From: Phycisphaerae bacterium
GTDB lineage: Bacteria; Planctomycetota; Phycisphaerae; UBA1845; Fen-1342
Direction of reading: 5' to 3'
Assembly (NCBI GenBank): GCA_050115495.1
Contig: JASFQK010000007.1
Span: 100,680 to 164,679 of the forward strand
Length of the DNA: 64,000 nucleotides
Shown here: positions 52,822 to 62,552 of the stretch, piece after piece
Layout: each line of letters starts with the position of its first letter
Position numbering within the stretch: the first letter of the stretch is position 1
The notes under the pieces: model-generated
Databases searched by the model: none
Told to the model about the DNA's origin: nothing
What the model saw: only the letters and a program-made list of their open reading frames with translations
Program-made: the position numbers and the translations under genes

Positions 52822-54819
52822 CTACGGCTCGGGCGTTTCCTCGTCCCCGCCGGGCAACGCCGAGACGAAGTGCGTCCGCTGCCGCACGTTCGCCGGATAG
52901 ATCCAGCCAATCCCCGCGGCCCGCTGCTGCTGCCCCACACTCTCTCGTACCAACGATGAACGCTGCAGGGCGAACTCGTTCTCGTAGAGCGGCTTGATCT
53001 CCTTGAGCTGCACCACCACCCACTTGAGCGCATCCGCCACGTCCAGCCGCACAACCTCGTCGTGCGCCGGCCCGGTCACCGCGTCCTGCTCCGTGCCCAT
53101 CTCGAACACGGTACGCTGCACCTTGTCCCCGGTGTCCAAGCCGAAACCGACGCTCCCGTACCGCGTAATCTGCTTCTCCCGCGGCTTGGCCGACGACACG
53201 TACTGCGGTCTCTGCGGCGGCAGCCCATTTTCCGCGTCCGCCGGAGTCGCCTCTTGCGCCGCCTGGTCCGCCGCCATCAGCAGGTCCTGGAGCTCGGTGT
53301 CCACGTTGTACGCGCTGATCAGCCCCTGCTCGCGAGCCAGGTCGGCCAGCCGCTGGGCGTATTCGCCGGCCAGCTCGTGGGCCCGCATCAGCTTGTAGTC
53401 CTCGACCACCTGGGTCCGCACCTCGTCCAGCGACGCTGGTGCCGCCGACGGCGCCGCCTCGATCACGCGGAACACGTACGCCTGGTACGGATCGCTCCGC
53501 CGAGCGTAACGCATGCCCCTCTCCTGCATCAGCACCGGGCTCGGTTCGCCGACGCTCAGCACCGTCAGGGTGTCTCGCTTGTCCGGCGTGAAGATCCCCT
53601 GCACGCGCATGGCCAGCTCGGACAGCGTGAGGGTGACCTGCCCTTCCCGGTACTGCGGCTCACTCATCGAAACGGCCCGCAGGATGTCCGGCACCGGCGT
53701 GAACTGCTCGGAGAGCGCGGCCTGCCCTAGCAGGTCCGTCGTTTCGATCCGCGTCTTGTAGCGGTTCGCAAACTCGCGCTGCACCAGCTCCGCCAGCGTC
53801 GTTGCCCCGGCCGGCGGGGCCGTGCGATAGCCGTCCTCGCCTCGCGGCACCGACTGCCACGGCCGGTACGCCGCCTGGCGAATCTCGTTTACCAGGCTCT
53901 GTCCCTCCTGGATCGCCTTGGCCATCCGGGCGTCTTCCCGAACGCTCTCGTAGGCCTCCTCCAGCGTCATTTGCACCATCACCGGCGGCTGCACCGGCTG
54001 CGACGACTGCGACGTCGGCGGTGTGCTCACCCGCTTCTTGTACTCAGCCTTGTGCTGTTCGTAGTACGCCCCCACGTCGCGAGGGCGAATGCGCACGCTG
54101 GTCGCGATCTCCTGCGGATCGACCGTCAGCACTTCCAGCCGCACGCGGTCCGGATACAGGTAGCCGAACTCGATCTCGTCCTGCGTATGCGCCGTGTAGC
54201 GGTCCTTCGATTCCTCGAAGAACGCCTGCAATTCCTCCTCGGTCGGCTCCGGCACCTGTCCCAGGAACGCCTTGGCGTCGATCACCGACAGCTCCACGAC
54301 CGCCCGCTGGTTCCGGTCCCGGTACGCCAGCTCCACGCGCGGCAGGCTCTCTGACATCGCCAGGCTCTGCGCCGAGGCCAGCTCCAGCACGGCCATCCAC
54401 TCGCCGGCGATGTCGTATATCTGCGCGTAGCTCCGCCGATAGCGCTGTTGCAGCGCGGCCAGTCGCGGCGCCGCCTCCGCACCCAGCGCCCGGGCGATGT
54501 GCTCCTGGGCCTGCTCGTGGCCCACGCGGACACCCATCCGCCGCGCCTCTTCCATAAGCAGATACACGTCCAGCGGATCCAGGTATTGCAGCTCCATGAA
54601 GCCCATCTGCAGCAGCATGCTCTGCTTGTTCTGGGCAAGCTGGCGGTCGGTGCTGGAGATCGGCTTGCCGTACGCCTCGCCCAGCGTCACGCTTTGGGCA
54701 CCACCGCCGCGCCCCCAGCTCTGCATCACGTCTCCCACCAGGAAGACGACGAGCAGCAGCGACATGAAGACCATCAGCAGAACTCGGCTGTAGCGACGGA
54801 AGAACTTGCTCAGTCTCAT
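52822..54819 (-). CDS. membrane-anchored periplasmic chaperone, SurA-N/PpiD-like
   Basis: MRLSKFFRRY plus TM; EEARRMGVRV, PTEEELQAFFEE, VGAYYEQHKAEY, LEEAYESV, LDEVRTQV repeats. Confidence 0.7.
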   Translation of the reverse strand: MRLSKFFRRYSRVLLMVFMSLLLVVFLVGDVMQSWGRGGGAQSVTLGEAYGKPISSTDRQLAQNKQSMLLQMGFMELQYLDPLDVYLLMEEARRMGVRVGHEQAQEHIARALGAEAAPRLAALQQRYRRSYAQIYDIAGEWMAVLELASAQSLAMSESLPRVELAYRDRNQRAVVELSVIDAKAFLGQVPEPTEEELQAFFEESKDRYTAHTQDEIEFGYLYPDRVRLEVLTVDPQEIATSVRIRPRDVGAYYEQHKAEYKKRVSTPPTSQSSQPVQPPVMVQMTLEEAYESVREDARMAKAIQEGQSLVNEIRQAAYRPWQSVPRGEDGYRTAPPAGATTLAELVQREFANRYKTRIETTDLLGQAALSEQFTPVPDILRAVSMSEPQYREGQVTLTLSELAMRVQGIFTPDKRDTLTVLSVGEPSPVLMQERGMRYARRSDPYQAYVFRVIEAAPSAAPASLDEVRTQVVEDYKLMRAHELAGEYAQRLADLAREQGLISAYNVDTELQDLLMAADQAAQEATPADAENGLPPQRPQYVSSAKPREKQITRYGSVGFGLDTGDKVQRTVFEMGTEQDAVTGPAHDEVVRLDVADALKWVVVQLKEIKPLYENEFALQRSSLVRESVGQQQRAAGIGWIYPANVRQRTHFVSALPGGDEETPEP

Positions 54820-55054
54820 GGACAGGAATCCCGGGATCAGGCCATAGTGAACCTTGTCGCCCGTCCGCAGCGACAGAAACACCCATGATACGGTTTGCCG
54901 GCCGCAACACAAGCCGCAGGCCCCGGCCCCCCCCGCCCCATAATCCGTCCCCGCCCGTCGTGGTTACCCCGTCTGCCCAGTTTAACTTGGCACCCGCCCG
55001 CCACGTTTCGTAGGCTTACTCTGCACCCTCGGGCCCGATCGAGGAGAGTCCCTT

Positions 55055-55246
55055 ATGCCCACGCTCCGCCTCCATCGCCCTCTGGCCACTCTCGCCCGCT
55101 TTCTCCGCGCCGAAGATGGCCCCTCGGCGACCGAGTACGCCATTCTCCTGGCCCTCATCGTCCTGGTCGCCGTCGCCGCCATCCAGGCCATCGGCGAGAG
55201 CATGTACAACATCTACGACAACATTAACACGGCCGTGCCAGACTAG
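55055..55246 (+). CDS. flp: Flp family type IVb pilin
   Basis: FLRAEDG|PSATEYAILLALIV..IG; GAGGAG RBS. Confidence 0.9.
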   Translation: MPTLRLHRPLATLARFLRAEDGPSATEYAILLALIVLVAVAAIQAIGESMYNIYDNINTAVPD

Positions 55247-55251
55247 CTCCG

Positions 55252-55436
55252 GTGTGCCACTGCTCTTGGGCAGTGCAGTCGAGATCCTCAGGGCCCACCC
55301 GACTCTCGCGACTGCCGCGGCTCCTGGAAAGAGTCATGCCGGCGCTAGAGTTTCGACATGCCACACCCCGTAGCGGCCGACCTCCGCGTCGGTCGTCGAT
55401 CGCCGACATGCCCCCGTCCTCGCAACTTCTGACTCC
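55252..55436 (+). repeat. 185-bp composite REP/MITE-like element, copy 1
   Basis: collinear with reverse complement of 62329-62513; three internal hairpins. Confidence 0.9.
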
Positions 55437-55446
55437 TGACTCCTCC

Positions 55447-55488
55447 AAAAATAAAACACCGGCCCGCGTTCGCAAACGCGGGCCGGTG
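55447..55488 (-). terminator. intrinsic terminator of xerC operon
   Basis: CACCGGCCCGCGTT/AACGCGGGCCGGTG perfect stem followed on the minus strand by TTTTATTTTT. Confidence 0.8.
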
Positions 55489-55519
55489 CCTATCGTCGCC
55501 GTCAGGCCGGAGTCGTTAC

Positions 55520-56536
55520 TCAGGCCCGCGGGTGCGCTTCGTCGTAGCTCTTCTTCACCGTCTCACCGGTCAGGTGCGTGTAGATCTGCGTCGTGCTCAG
55601 GCTCTGGTGCCCCAGCATCTCCTGCACGCTGCGCAGGTCCGCCCCGCGTTGCAGCATATGCGTCGCAAAGCTGTGCCGCAGCGTATGCGGGCTGATCGAC
55701 AGGTCCAGCCCAGCCTCCAGCAGGTACTTGTCCAGCTTCCGCCGGACGCTACGCGTGCTCAGCCGCTGCCCGTGCTTGTTCACGAACAGGGCTTCCTGGT
55801 CGAACTGTGCTCCGCGCGGGTCATTCCGCCGCATGTCGAGGCAGTGAATGATCGCCTTCACGGCGCCGGGCCCCAGCGGGATGACCCGCTGCTTCTTGCC
55901 CTTGCCCCGCACGCGGATGACGTTGTTGTTCAGATCGACGTCCGCCAGGTTGAGCGAGACGAGCTCGCTCACGCGCAGCCCGGTCGAGTACAGCGTCTCC
56001 AGCATCGCGCGGTCGCGGGCCCCCAGCAGCGTCGTCGTGTCCGGGTTCGACAGCAGCCGATCGATGGCCTCGACATCCATGCACTTCGGGAGCCGCTTAT
56101 CCTGTTTTGGCGTGCGGATCGGAGCGACCGGGTTGTTCGACAGGTACGTCCGCCGCACCAGGAACTTGTAGAAGCTCCGTAGCGTCGCTAGTTTGCGGGC
56201 CACGGTGCTTTTGCAGTAGTTGCGGTCCCGGAGCTGTCCCAGGAACCCGCGGACCACCTCGGTGTCCACCTCCAGCAGCTTCCGGTTCAGCACCTCGCTG
56301 GTCACCCCGTCCGGCAGTTCGGCCGGCCGGCGTTCGGCGTGGCCGTTGCCGTTCGACACGTTCCGTCCACCACTGGGCGCGCCTTGTTCGACGCCGCACA
56401 AGTGGCAGCAGAACTGCTGCAGGTCCGCTGCGTAGCACTTGGACGTATGCGGCGAGAAGTGCCGCTCGGCCCGCAGGTAGTTGATGAACTGCTGGATCAG
56501 GCTGACTTGGTCGGTCATTGCTGTGTTCTGGTTCAT
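55520..56536 (-). CDS. xerC: tyrosine recombinase XerC
   Basis: ERHFSPHT..Y, STVARKLATLRSFY, RDRAMLETLYSTGLRVSEL, GKGKKQR, SPHTLRHSFATH, GADLRSVQEMLGH..TTQIYTH. Confidence 0.92.
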   Translation of the reverse strand: MNQNTAMTDQVSLIQQFINYLRAERHFSPHTSKCYAADLQQFCCHLCGVEQGAPSGGRNVSNGNGHAERRPAELPDGVTSEVLNRKLLEVDTEVVRGFLGQLRDRNYCKSTVARKLATLRSFYKFLVRRTYLSNNPVAPIRTPKQDKRLPKCMDVEAIDRLLSNPDTTTLLGARDRAMLETLYSTGLRVSELVSLNLADVDLNNNVIRVRGKGKKQRVIPLGPGAVKAIIHCLDMRRNDPRGAQFDQEALFVNKHGQRLSTRSVRRKLDKYLLEAGLDLSISPHTLRHSFATHMLQRGADLRSVQEMLGHQSLSTTQIYTHLTGETVKKSYDEAHPRA

Positions 56537-56583
56537 GGCGATGGATTCTTGCTTGCCGGTTACATTCGCCAGTCCGTGGTGAA

Positions 56584-56814
56584 TCATAGCCGTGGCCCCA
56601 TTACTGCCCGTGCTACCGGGCGATTCTCGGCCCGAGCCGGTTGTCCCAACTGAAAACTCAGCGCCGCGGCATCGTAGTAATCGATGCCACTCTCCGGATC
56701 CTCGGCCAGCGACACCAGCGCGGCCAGCAGGTCTGCCTCCCGACCCTCGGCATACGTGAAAACGAACCGTTCGCGGCCCTTTACCAGCGTCAAGCTGTGT
56801 CGCTCGCGGCTCAT
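56584..56814 (-). CDS. small hypothetical protein
   Basis: LTLVKGRERFVFTY..DYYDAAAL; ATGA overlap with upstream gene. Confidence 0.7.
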   Translation of the reverse strand: MSRERHSLTLVKGRERFVFTYAEGREADLLAALVSLAEDPESGIDYYDAAALSFQLGQPARAENRPVARAVMGPRL

Positions 56815-57572
56815 GGTCCTACCTCGCTCGGCACCGTCGCCGAGAACTCAGCCTCATGCAGTCCATGGATCGGTTTTATCAACGCCTGCGTGCAGTACCG
56901 GAAGTACAGTTCTTGAACCTTGACATACTTGCGCCACCCGTGGGGGCTCTCGTGCCCACCCCGCGACTTCGCATAATCACGGACTTCCGCCAGTACGCCC
57001 TCGTCGGCGGCGTTGAAGACCCGCTGCACCTGATACGCCGGCCCAACCTCCACATCGGCCGATAACTCGACATTCGCCGGCCGCCACGCCTCTCGTGACG
57101 CGGCCACCGGGTCCAGCCCGTTTGACGCCCGCGCTCGGGGAACTTCGTACCACTGCATAATCAGGCCAACGATCAACGGCTCGTACGGCTGGTACTCCGT
57201 TACCGCCGTCACCAGCGTCGCATCCGCCCCCAGGTCACGCGCCAGCGCTATTGCACTCTCCGGACTCGACACCCATTGCTCCCCCCGCCGCTGCAAGGCC
57301 GCCAGGGCCAGGTTTACCGGCACCACGGAAAACTCGGTGCCACACTGGAGTTCCGACGCCACCATGTCGGTGAGCTTCAGCGTGTCGAGATCGGGCGACC
57401 CGCTGAGGTTCACCACGGGCGCAACGACGACGACCGCCCGTGCCGTGCGCGGTTCGGCGCCGCCTGACGACTGACGGCCAAGCGCGCAACCACTCCCGAA
57501 GACGACCAGCCCCACCGCCAAAGTCGCCAATCCGGCGAATCGCCCGAGCGTGGGTGTGGTGCGGAGCAGCAT
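56811..57572 (-). CDS. lipoprotein, CsgG/LpoB/TolB-N-like alpha/beta fold
   Basis: lipobox GSG-C; VVAPVVNLSG, LARDLGADATLVTAVTEY. Confidence 0.65.
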   Translation of the reverse strand: MLLRTTPTLGRFAGLATLAVGLVVFGSGCALGRQSSGGAEPRTARAVVVVAPVVNLSGSPDLDTLKLTDMVASELQCGTEFSVVPVNLALAALQRRGEQWVSSPESAIALARDLGADATLVTAVTEYQPYEPLIVGLIMQWYEVPRARASNGLDPVAASREAWRPANVELSADVEVGPAYQVQRVFNAADEGVLAEVRDYAKSRGGHESPHGWRKYVKVQELYFRYCTQALIKPIHGLHEAEFSATVPSEVGP

Positions 57573-57749
57573 GGAACCAAGCCCTTCACCAGCGCTCGCC
57601 CGACGCATCCTTATTCTACGCACGATGTTGCCGTCCGGTAAAGATGGGCGCGGATTGTAAAGTCCCATAACTTGGCTACACTCGGCGTACTTCGTCGGCG
57701 TCCCTCGCCGAACGCTACGTCCTGTAACCTGTAGATCGGTCATTTATCC

Positions 57750-58880
57750 CTATTTGCCTTCGCCTGGAGCGTTCTCGATATCGCGGGCCCGCGACAACTC
57801 CGAACCGTCCGTCCCGCGCGCGTACGCCACCAGATCCGCCGTCAGCGACCAGACGTTTTCTGTCCCATTCCTGGCGGACACAAAGAAAATTCGATCTTCG
57901 GGCCCCCAAACCGGATTAAATGCCGACACCGAGTCTCCGGTGAGCTTCATCCGCAACCCGCTCGACAGGTCGACGGTCCACAGCTCGGCCGCGCGGGGTG
58001 CCCGCCGCTGGGCCGCCGGCGCCTCGGCTTCCGGCTGCACGGCGCAGTAGACGAGCATCGAGCCGTCCTGCGACCAGCTTGGGGCGATGCACGCCGCCAA
58101 TTCGCTGCGGGCTACTTCGGTCGGATGCCGGGCCTCCCCGTCGACCAGGTCGATCGTCCATACACTGTGCCACTGGCTCCCCCGCTGGCGAGCACGCTGG
58201 AAAGCGATCTGCTTTCCGTCGGGCGACCACGCCGGGAACATCCCATAGGCGAGGAACCGCCGCACCCCGGGCGAGTCGACGGCTAGCGTCCAGACCTCCC
58301 ACTGGTGGCTGCGGTACCCCCATACGGTATAAGCGATTTCGTTTCCGTCCGGTGCCCAGCACGGGGCGATTTCGTCACCCGGATCGGACGTGAGCTGCGT
58401 CAAACCCGTCCCGTCGCGGCCGATCAGCCAGATGTCCCAGTTCCCCGAGCGGTTTGAGCAGAAGACGACGTGCTCGTTGTCCGGGCTGAAACGGGGCTGG
58501 ATGTCGGCGGAGGGGTCGCCCGTGAGCTGCGTCACAGCGCTACCCTCAACATTCTTCAGGAACAGGTCCGGCTGCTCGGCGTTTCGGGTCGAGGCGAACA
58601 CGAGCGTTTCGCCGGCGCCGTCAACGTCCGGGTCAAAATCGAGCCCTTCCATCGTGAAGGAATGCTGCCGGAGGTTTGTGATCAACCGGTTCTCGAAGGG
58701 CACCTGCTCCGCCGTGGGGTCGTCCCCGAAGAGGGGCAGCGACTCGCGAGGCGGGCTCTGGGTGCCGTCGGACGGCTGGGCGTCAATCGTGGCGACTTGC
58801 GTCGGCGTTGACTGGCAGCCGGCCAGACAGAGCACACCGAAACCGGTTACGAGCGCGAGATGTACGACCGTCTTATGCAT
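57750..58880 (-). CDS. TolB-like PD40 beta-propeller lipoprotein
   Basis: lipobox LAG-C; PRFSPD, PCWAPDG, PAWSPDG, PSWSQDG, PVWGP repeats. Confidence 0.9.
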   Translation of the reverse strand: MHKTVVHLALVTGFGVLCLAGCQSTPTQVATIDAQPSDGTQSPPRESLPLFGDDPTAEQVPFENRLITNLRQHSFTMEGLDFDPDVDGAGETLVFASTRNAEQPDLFLKNVEGSAVTQLTGDPSADIQPRFSPDNEHVVFCSNRSGNWDIWLIGRDGTGLTQLTSDPGDEIAPCWAPDGNEIAYTVWGYRSHQWEVWTLAVDSPGVRRFLAYGMFPAWSPDGKQIAFQRARQRGSQWHSVWTIDLVDGEARHPTEVARSELAACIAPSWSQDGSMLVYCAVQPEAEAPAAQRRAPRAAELWTVDLSSGLRMKLTGDSVSAFNPVWGPEDRIFFVSARNGTENVWSLTADLVAYARGTDGSELSRARDIENAPGEGK

Positions 58881-58998
58881 GGCCAAACCTCGGTGGGGAC
58901 GTAGCTCGCCGCGGCCGGCGCGGCCTCCTCGTGCTATCGGCTGTTGGAGGAGACGGACGCACTTGCGCGCGAAACGTCCGATTACCGAGTTATGGCTG

Positions 58999-59027
58999 GT
59001 ATCGGCACGTCCGAGAACAGAAGTTTA
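58999..59027 (-). promoter_or_regulatory. putative sigma28/WhiG-like promoter of TolB-like...xerC operon
   Basis: minus strand TAAAC-N16-GCCGATAC. Confidence 0.5.
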
Positions 59028-59052
59028 TTCGGCGTTTACCAAAGCGCGGTTG

Positions 59053-61497
59053 CTACGGGTTGCCGTCGGCGGGAGCGGATGCGGGCGCCGAGGTCGGGGT
59101 CGATGTCGGGAACGATGCAGTCGAGGGGCCGGCCTTTTCGAGTCCTTCCACCACAAACCCGGGGGTTAGCACGACGGGCAGCTTGAACGCCTTCTCCGGA
59201 TGGTCGGCGGGGTAGAGCACGTTCACCGGAACGCTGTTGGACTCCCAGCGGAGCAACTCCGCGCGCAGACGAGGATTCTGCCTCGTGTAGTCCGCCTCCA
59301 GGGGGATGACGCGCATCTCGCGCATACGCTCCCGGTTCGACGCGATGTCCAGGGCCGTTCCCTTGTTCGTCTGGCAGGTCACGCACCACGTCGCCGTGTA
59401 GTCCACGTAGACGGTGTATCCCCGGCGGGACAGCTCGTCGGCCAGACCCGGGTAGTACTCCTGCCACGGGATGTGCTCGTTCCAGTCGGCGCGACCCATC
59501 GCCAGGACGATCTCGTCGGCGCGGCGGTTGATCTCGGCCAGTTCTTCCGCGTCGGTGCCGCGTTCGTCAGTGGCCGGCCACTGGTACATGTACGCGAAGC
59601 AGAACCACCAGCCCACGACGGCGATCGCCACCGCCACCGCCCAGGTGTTCCAGCGGGCGGGCGCGGACCAGCCCGGCCGGATCCTGCCGATCAGCCAGGC
59701 GCTAAACGCGAAGAAGCTGAGCAGCGCGACGGTCCACACGACGCCACCGGCGTCCAACAGGTCGCCGACGATCAGCAACAGCCACACCACCGTCCCGATC
59801 AGCACGAAGCCCATGAACTGCTTGAACGTGACCATCCACGCGCCCGGCTTCGGCAGGGACTTCAGCCAGCCGGGGAACGCCGCGAGCAAGACGTACGGGC
59901 TCGACATGCCCAGTCCGGCGCCGGTGAAGACGATGAAGGCGATGAGGCCACCCTGTGTCGCCGCATAGGCAGCCGCCGAGGCGAAGAAGGGCGCCGTGCA
60001 GGCCGTACCGAGCAACGTGGCCAGCAGACCCTTCAGGAAGGCGCCCGAATACCCCTCGCGTCCGGCGAGCTCATCGAGTTTGCCACTCGCGGCGCCGGGC
60101 AGCGTAATCTCGAACACGCCGAACATGTTGAGGGCGAACAGGAACAGCACAGCAGCCAGCCCGATGACCACGGGCGGATGCTGCCAGGGGATCTGGCCCT
60201 GGATCGTCAGCACGGCGAACAGCCAGAACCACACCATGATCCCGGCGCAGAAGGCCAGTCCGAGCTTCAGCACGCGGCCATGGTCCTCGCCGGCCTGCTT
60301 GACGAAGCTCAGGATCTTGATGGAGATCACCGGGAACACGCAGGGCATGATGTTCAGCAGCAGGCCACCCAGGAAGCTGAACACGAAGTTCAACAGCAGC
60401 CGGTACAACGGGCTCTGCTCCGCCGCGGCCGGCGGCGTAGCCATCCCCGAGTCGTCACCAGGCTCGACGACGTTCACTTCCGGATAGAGCGTGCCGCGTG
60501 GTTCGGCGTCTGGCGTAGCAGCGTTCGGCGTATCCGCCGTGAAAGTCACGGTGGTCACCGCCGCGGCTTCGGGGAAGCACGATCCCGAGTCGGCGCAGCA
60601 CTGGTAGATGAGCAGCGCGCGCAGCGTAACCGGCCCGGCGACGAATTCCGGATCGTCGATGCTCACGGGCACGCGAACCGCGAACGTGCCGTTGTGCTCG
60701 CGCATCTCGCCCACGTATTCCATCGTGCGCACGTGCGGCGCGGGCCACTCCGGCTTGCCGATCTTCAAGCCGGTCAGCGGCTCGATGAACAGCCGCGTGC
60801 CGACCAGCCCTTCCGCTCCAGGGTTGGGATCAAAGATGTGGTGGGCGCGGCGGACGCGCATGTTGAGCACGATCTCGCCCTGCTCCTCCAGCTTCAGCGT
60901 CTCCGGCTTGGCGGCGATGGTCGTACCGGTGATGTTCGCAGCCGTAGCCAGCTCCACCGGCAGGGCTTCGCGGGCAGTGTTGAAGAGCTCTTCGTTGGCC
61001 GCCGCCGGCGGGTCAGCGGAGACCGGGATCGTCAGCGTCGCCTCGCCGTCCCAGGGCACACACAGCTCCTTGCAGACGAGGGCGAAGACGTGGACCTTGA
61101 TCGGCAGCGGGCCGGGCACGGCGTCCGCGGCAAGCTGGAGCGTGGTGAGAACGACCACCTCGCCTTCGAGGCCGAGATACTCGATGGACAGGTCTTCGGT
61201 GCCATCGTCCTCCAGCACCGGCGCAGGGTAGGCCAGGGGGCCGAAGGTCACGCCCTCCGGCACGTCGAAGCGGATGCGCATGGCATCGCCGGTGTCGAGG
61301 CGGATGGGGTAGTAGGTGTGCCAGCCCTCGGGCAGAGGGAGCACAATGGCCAGGTCGACCGTCCCGTCGGGCTGAATGGACGTCTGAGCCGCGACCAGGC
61401 GGAGGTCGATCTTCGGGCCGGCGGGCTGAGCCTGGGCGGCGGTCGCCGCACAGAGCAGGGCGATCAGCAGACCCGGCTTCCACAAGCGCATCATCAT
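59053..61497 (-). CDS. dsbD: protein-disulfide reductase DsbD family with two N-terminal Ig-like domains
   Basis: signal peptide; GWHTY..CKELC; HHIF..CCADSGSC; TM IMPCVFP and ACTAPF; Trx ATWCVTC. Confidence 0.92.
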   Translation of the reverse strand: MMMRLWKPGLLIALLCAATAAQAQPAGPKIDLRLVAAQTSIQPDGTVDLAIVLPLPEGWHTYYPIRLDTGDAMRIRFDVPEGVTFGPLAYPAPVLEDDGTEDLSIEYLGLEGEVVVLTTLQLAADAVPGPLPIKVHVFALVCKELCVPWDGEATLTIPVSADPPAAANEELFNTAREALPVELATAANITGTTIAAKPETLKLEEQGEIVLNMRVRRAHHIFDPNPGAEGLVGTRLFIEPLTGLKIGKPEWPAPHVRTMEYVGEMREHNGTFAVRVPVSIDDPEFVAGPVTLRALLIYQCCADSGSCFPEAAAVTTVTFTADTPNAATPDAEPRGTLYPEVNVVEPGDDSGMATPPAAAEQSPLYRLLLNFVFSFLGGLLLNIMPCVFPVISIKILSFVKQAGEDHGRVLKLGLAFCAGIMVWFWLFAVLTIQGQIPWQHPPVVIGLAAVLFLFALNMFGVFEITLPGAASGKLDELAGREGYSGAFLKGLLATLLGTACTAPFFASAAAYAATQGGLIAFIVFTGAGLGMSSPYVLLAAFPGWLKSLPKPGAWMVTFKQFMGFVLIGTVVWLLLIVGDLLDAGGVVWTVALLSFFAFSAWLIGRIRPGWSAPARWNTWAVAVAIAVVGWWFCFAYMYQWPATDERGTDAEELAEINRRADEIVLAMGRADWNEHIPWQEYYPGLADELSRRGYTVYVDYTATWCVTCQTNKGTALDIASNRERMREMRVIPLEADYTRQNPRLRAELLRWESNSVPVNVLYPADHPEKAFKLPVVLTPGFVVEGLEKAGPSTASFPTSTPTSAPASAPADGNP

Positions 61498-61671
61498 GTT
61501 TACGACTCTCGAATCACGCTGTCGCCGTCGAATTCGCCGGCGGGCGACAGACGGCGTGCCCACAAGGTCCGCATAATGTCAGAGCAGGATCGCCCGGCCG
61601 GGCCGGCCCCGCAACCGCTCCCTCCATCCTAACCGATCCGCCGCGGCGGTATTCCCCACTCCGCGGCGGCG

Positions 61672-62235
61672 TCAGGGCCCCGAGACCGGCAATACCGTCG
61701 CCCCGGCCTCCAGCGTGAACTCGTGCTCGTCCGACAGGCGGTGGCCCGTCGGCGTCAGCAGTCGGGCCACCAGCACGTACCGGCCCGGCTCCAGCGGGGC
61801 GTCGGACAGGCGCACGTGGAACCGCGAGAAATGCACCGACTGGTCCCAGTGCGGGACCACGTGGTCTCGCGAATCCAGGTTCACCTTCCACAACGCCAAC
61901 CGCCGGCCCAGGCGGTCCGCACTGGCCATCCGCCGGGCGAAGAGCTCCAGGTGCAGCGTGCCGAGTGCCTTGGTCTCGTCGCCGAGGGCGTCGTACGCCG
62001 CGAGGAGCACCTCGAGCCCGTCGGCCTTGCCATCGGCGGCGAAGCTGACCGGGCGGGTCCAGGGTTGCAGCTTGATCGCGTTGGGCAGGACGATTTCGGC
62101 GCAGGCCTTCAGGTCTGGCTGATCGCCGGAGATCCCGCCCGCATGGCCGGTGCAACCCGCCGCGGCGACGAGGCACGACAACGAAGAGAGGAGCAGCACT
62201 GCTCGCCACGATGATCTATACAGCGTCGTAGACAT
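61672..62235 (-). CDS. hypothetical lipoprotein
   Basis: lipobox AAG-C; DALGDETKALG motif. Confidence 0.7.
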   Translation of the reverse strand: MSTTLYRSSWRAVLLLSSLSCLVAAAGCTGHAGGISGDQPDLKACAEIVLPNAIKLQPWTRPVSFAADGKADGLEVLLAAYDALGDETKALGTLHLELFARRMASADRLGRRLALWKVNLDSRDHVVPHWDQSVHFSRFHVRLSDAPLEPGRYVLVARLLTPTGHRLSDEHEFTLEAGATVLPVSGP

Positions 62236-62328
62236 GCCGTTGCACCCTGTGACGGAGTCGGTTGCTCATCACCCGCGGTCGCCGCGAAGGGTACCGGATG
62301 TGGGGGATCGGTGCCACTGCGGGGGAGG

Positions 62329-62513
62329 GGAGTCAGAAGTTGCGAGGACGAGGGCGTGTCGGCGATCGACGGCCGACACGGAGGTCGGCCGCTACCGGGT
62401 GTGGCATGCCGAAGCTTTAGCGCCGGCATGTCTTTCTCGGGGAACCGCAGCAGTCGCGAGCGTCGGGCGGGCTCTGAGGATTTCGACTGCACTGCTCAAG
62501 AGCAGTGGCACAC
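62329..62513 (-). repeat. 185-bp composite REP/MITE-like element, copy 2
   Basis: reverse complement of 55252-55436 with scattered substitutions. Confidence 0.9.
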
Positions 62514-62552
62514 TCGGCATGGTACTCGCGGGTGGGGCGGGGCGACAGAACG

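Noticed and set aside
54988..55004. Sigma54 promoter upstream of flp (TTGGCAC...)
   Set aside because: No GC at the required GG-N10-GC position.
55520..56536. Prophage or genomic-island integrase
   Set aside because: Motifs are those of housekeeping XerC/D; no phage genes, tRNA target or att duplication nearby.
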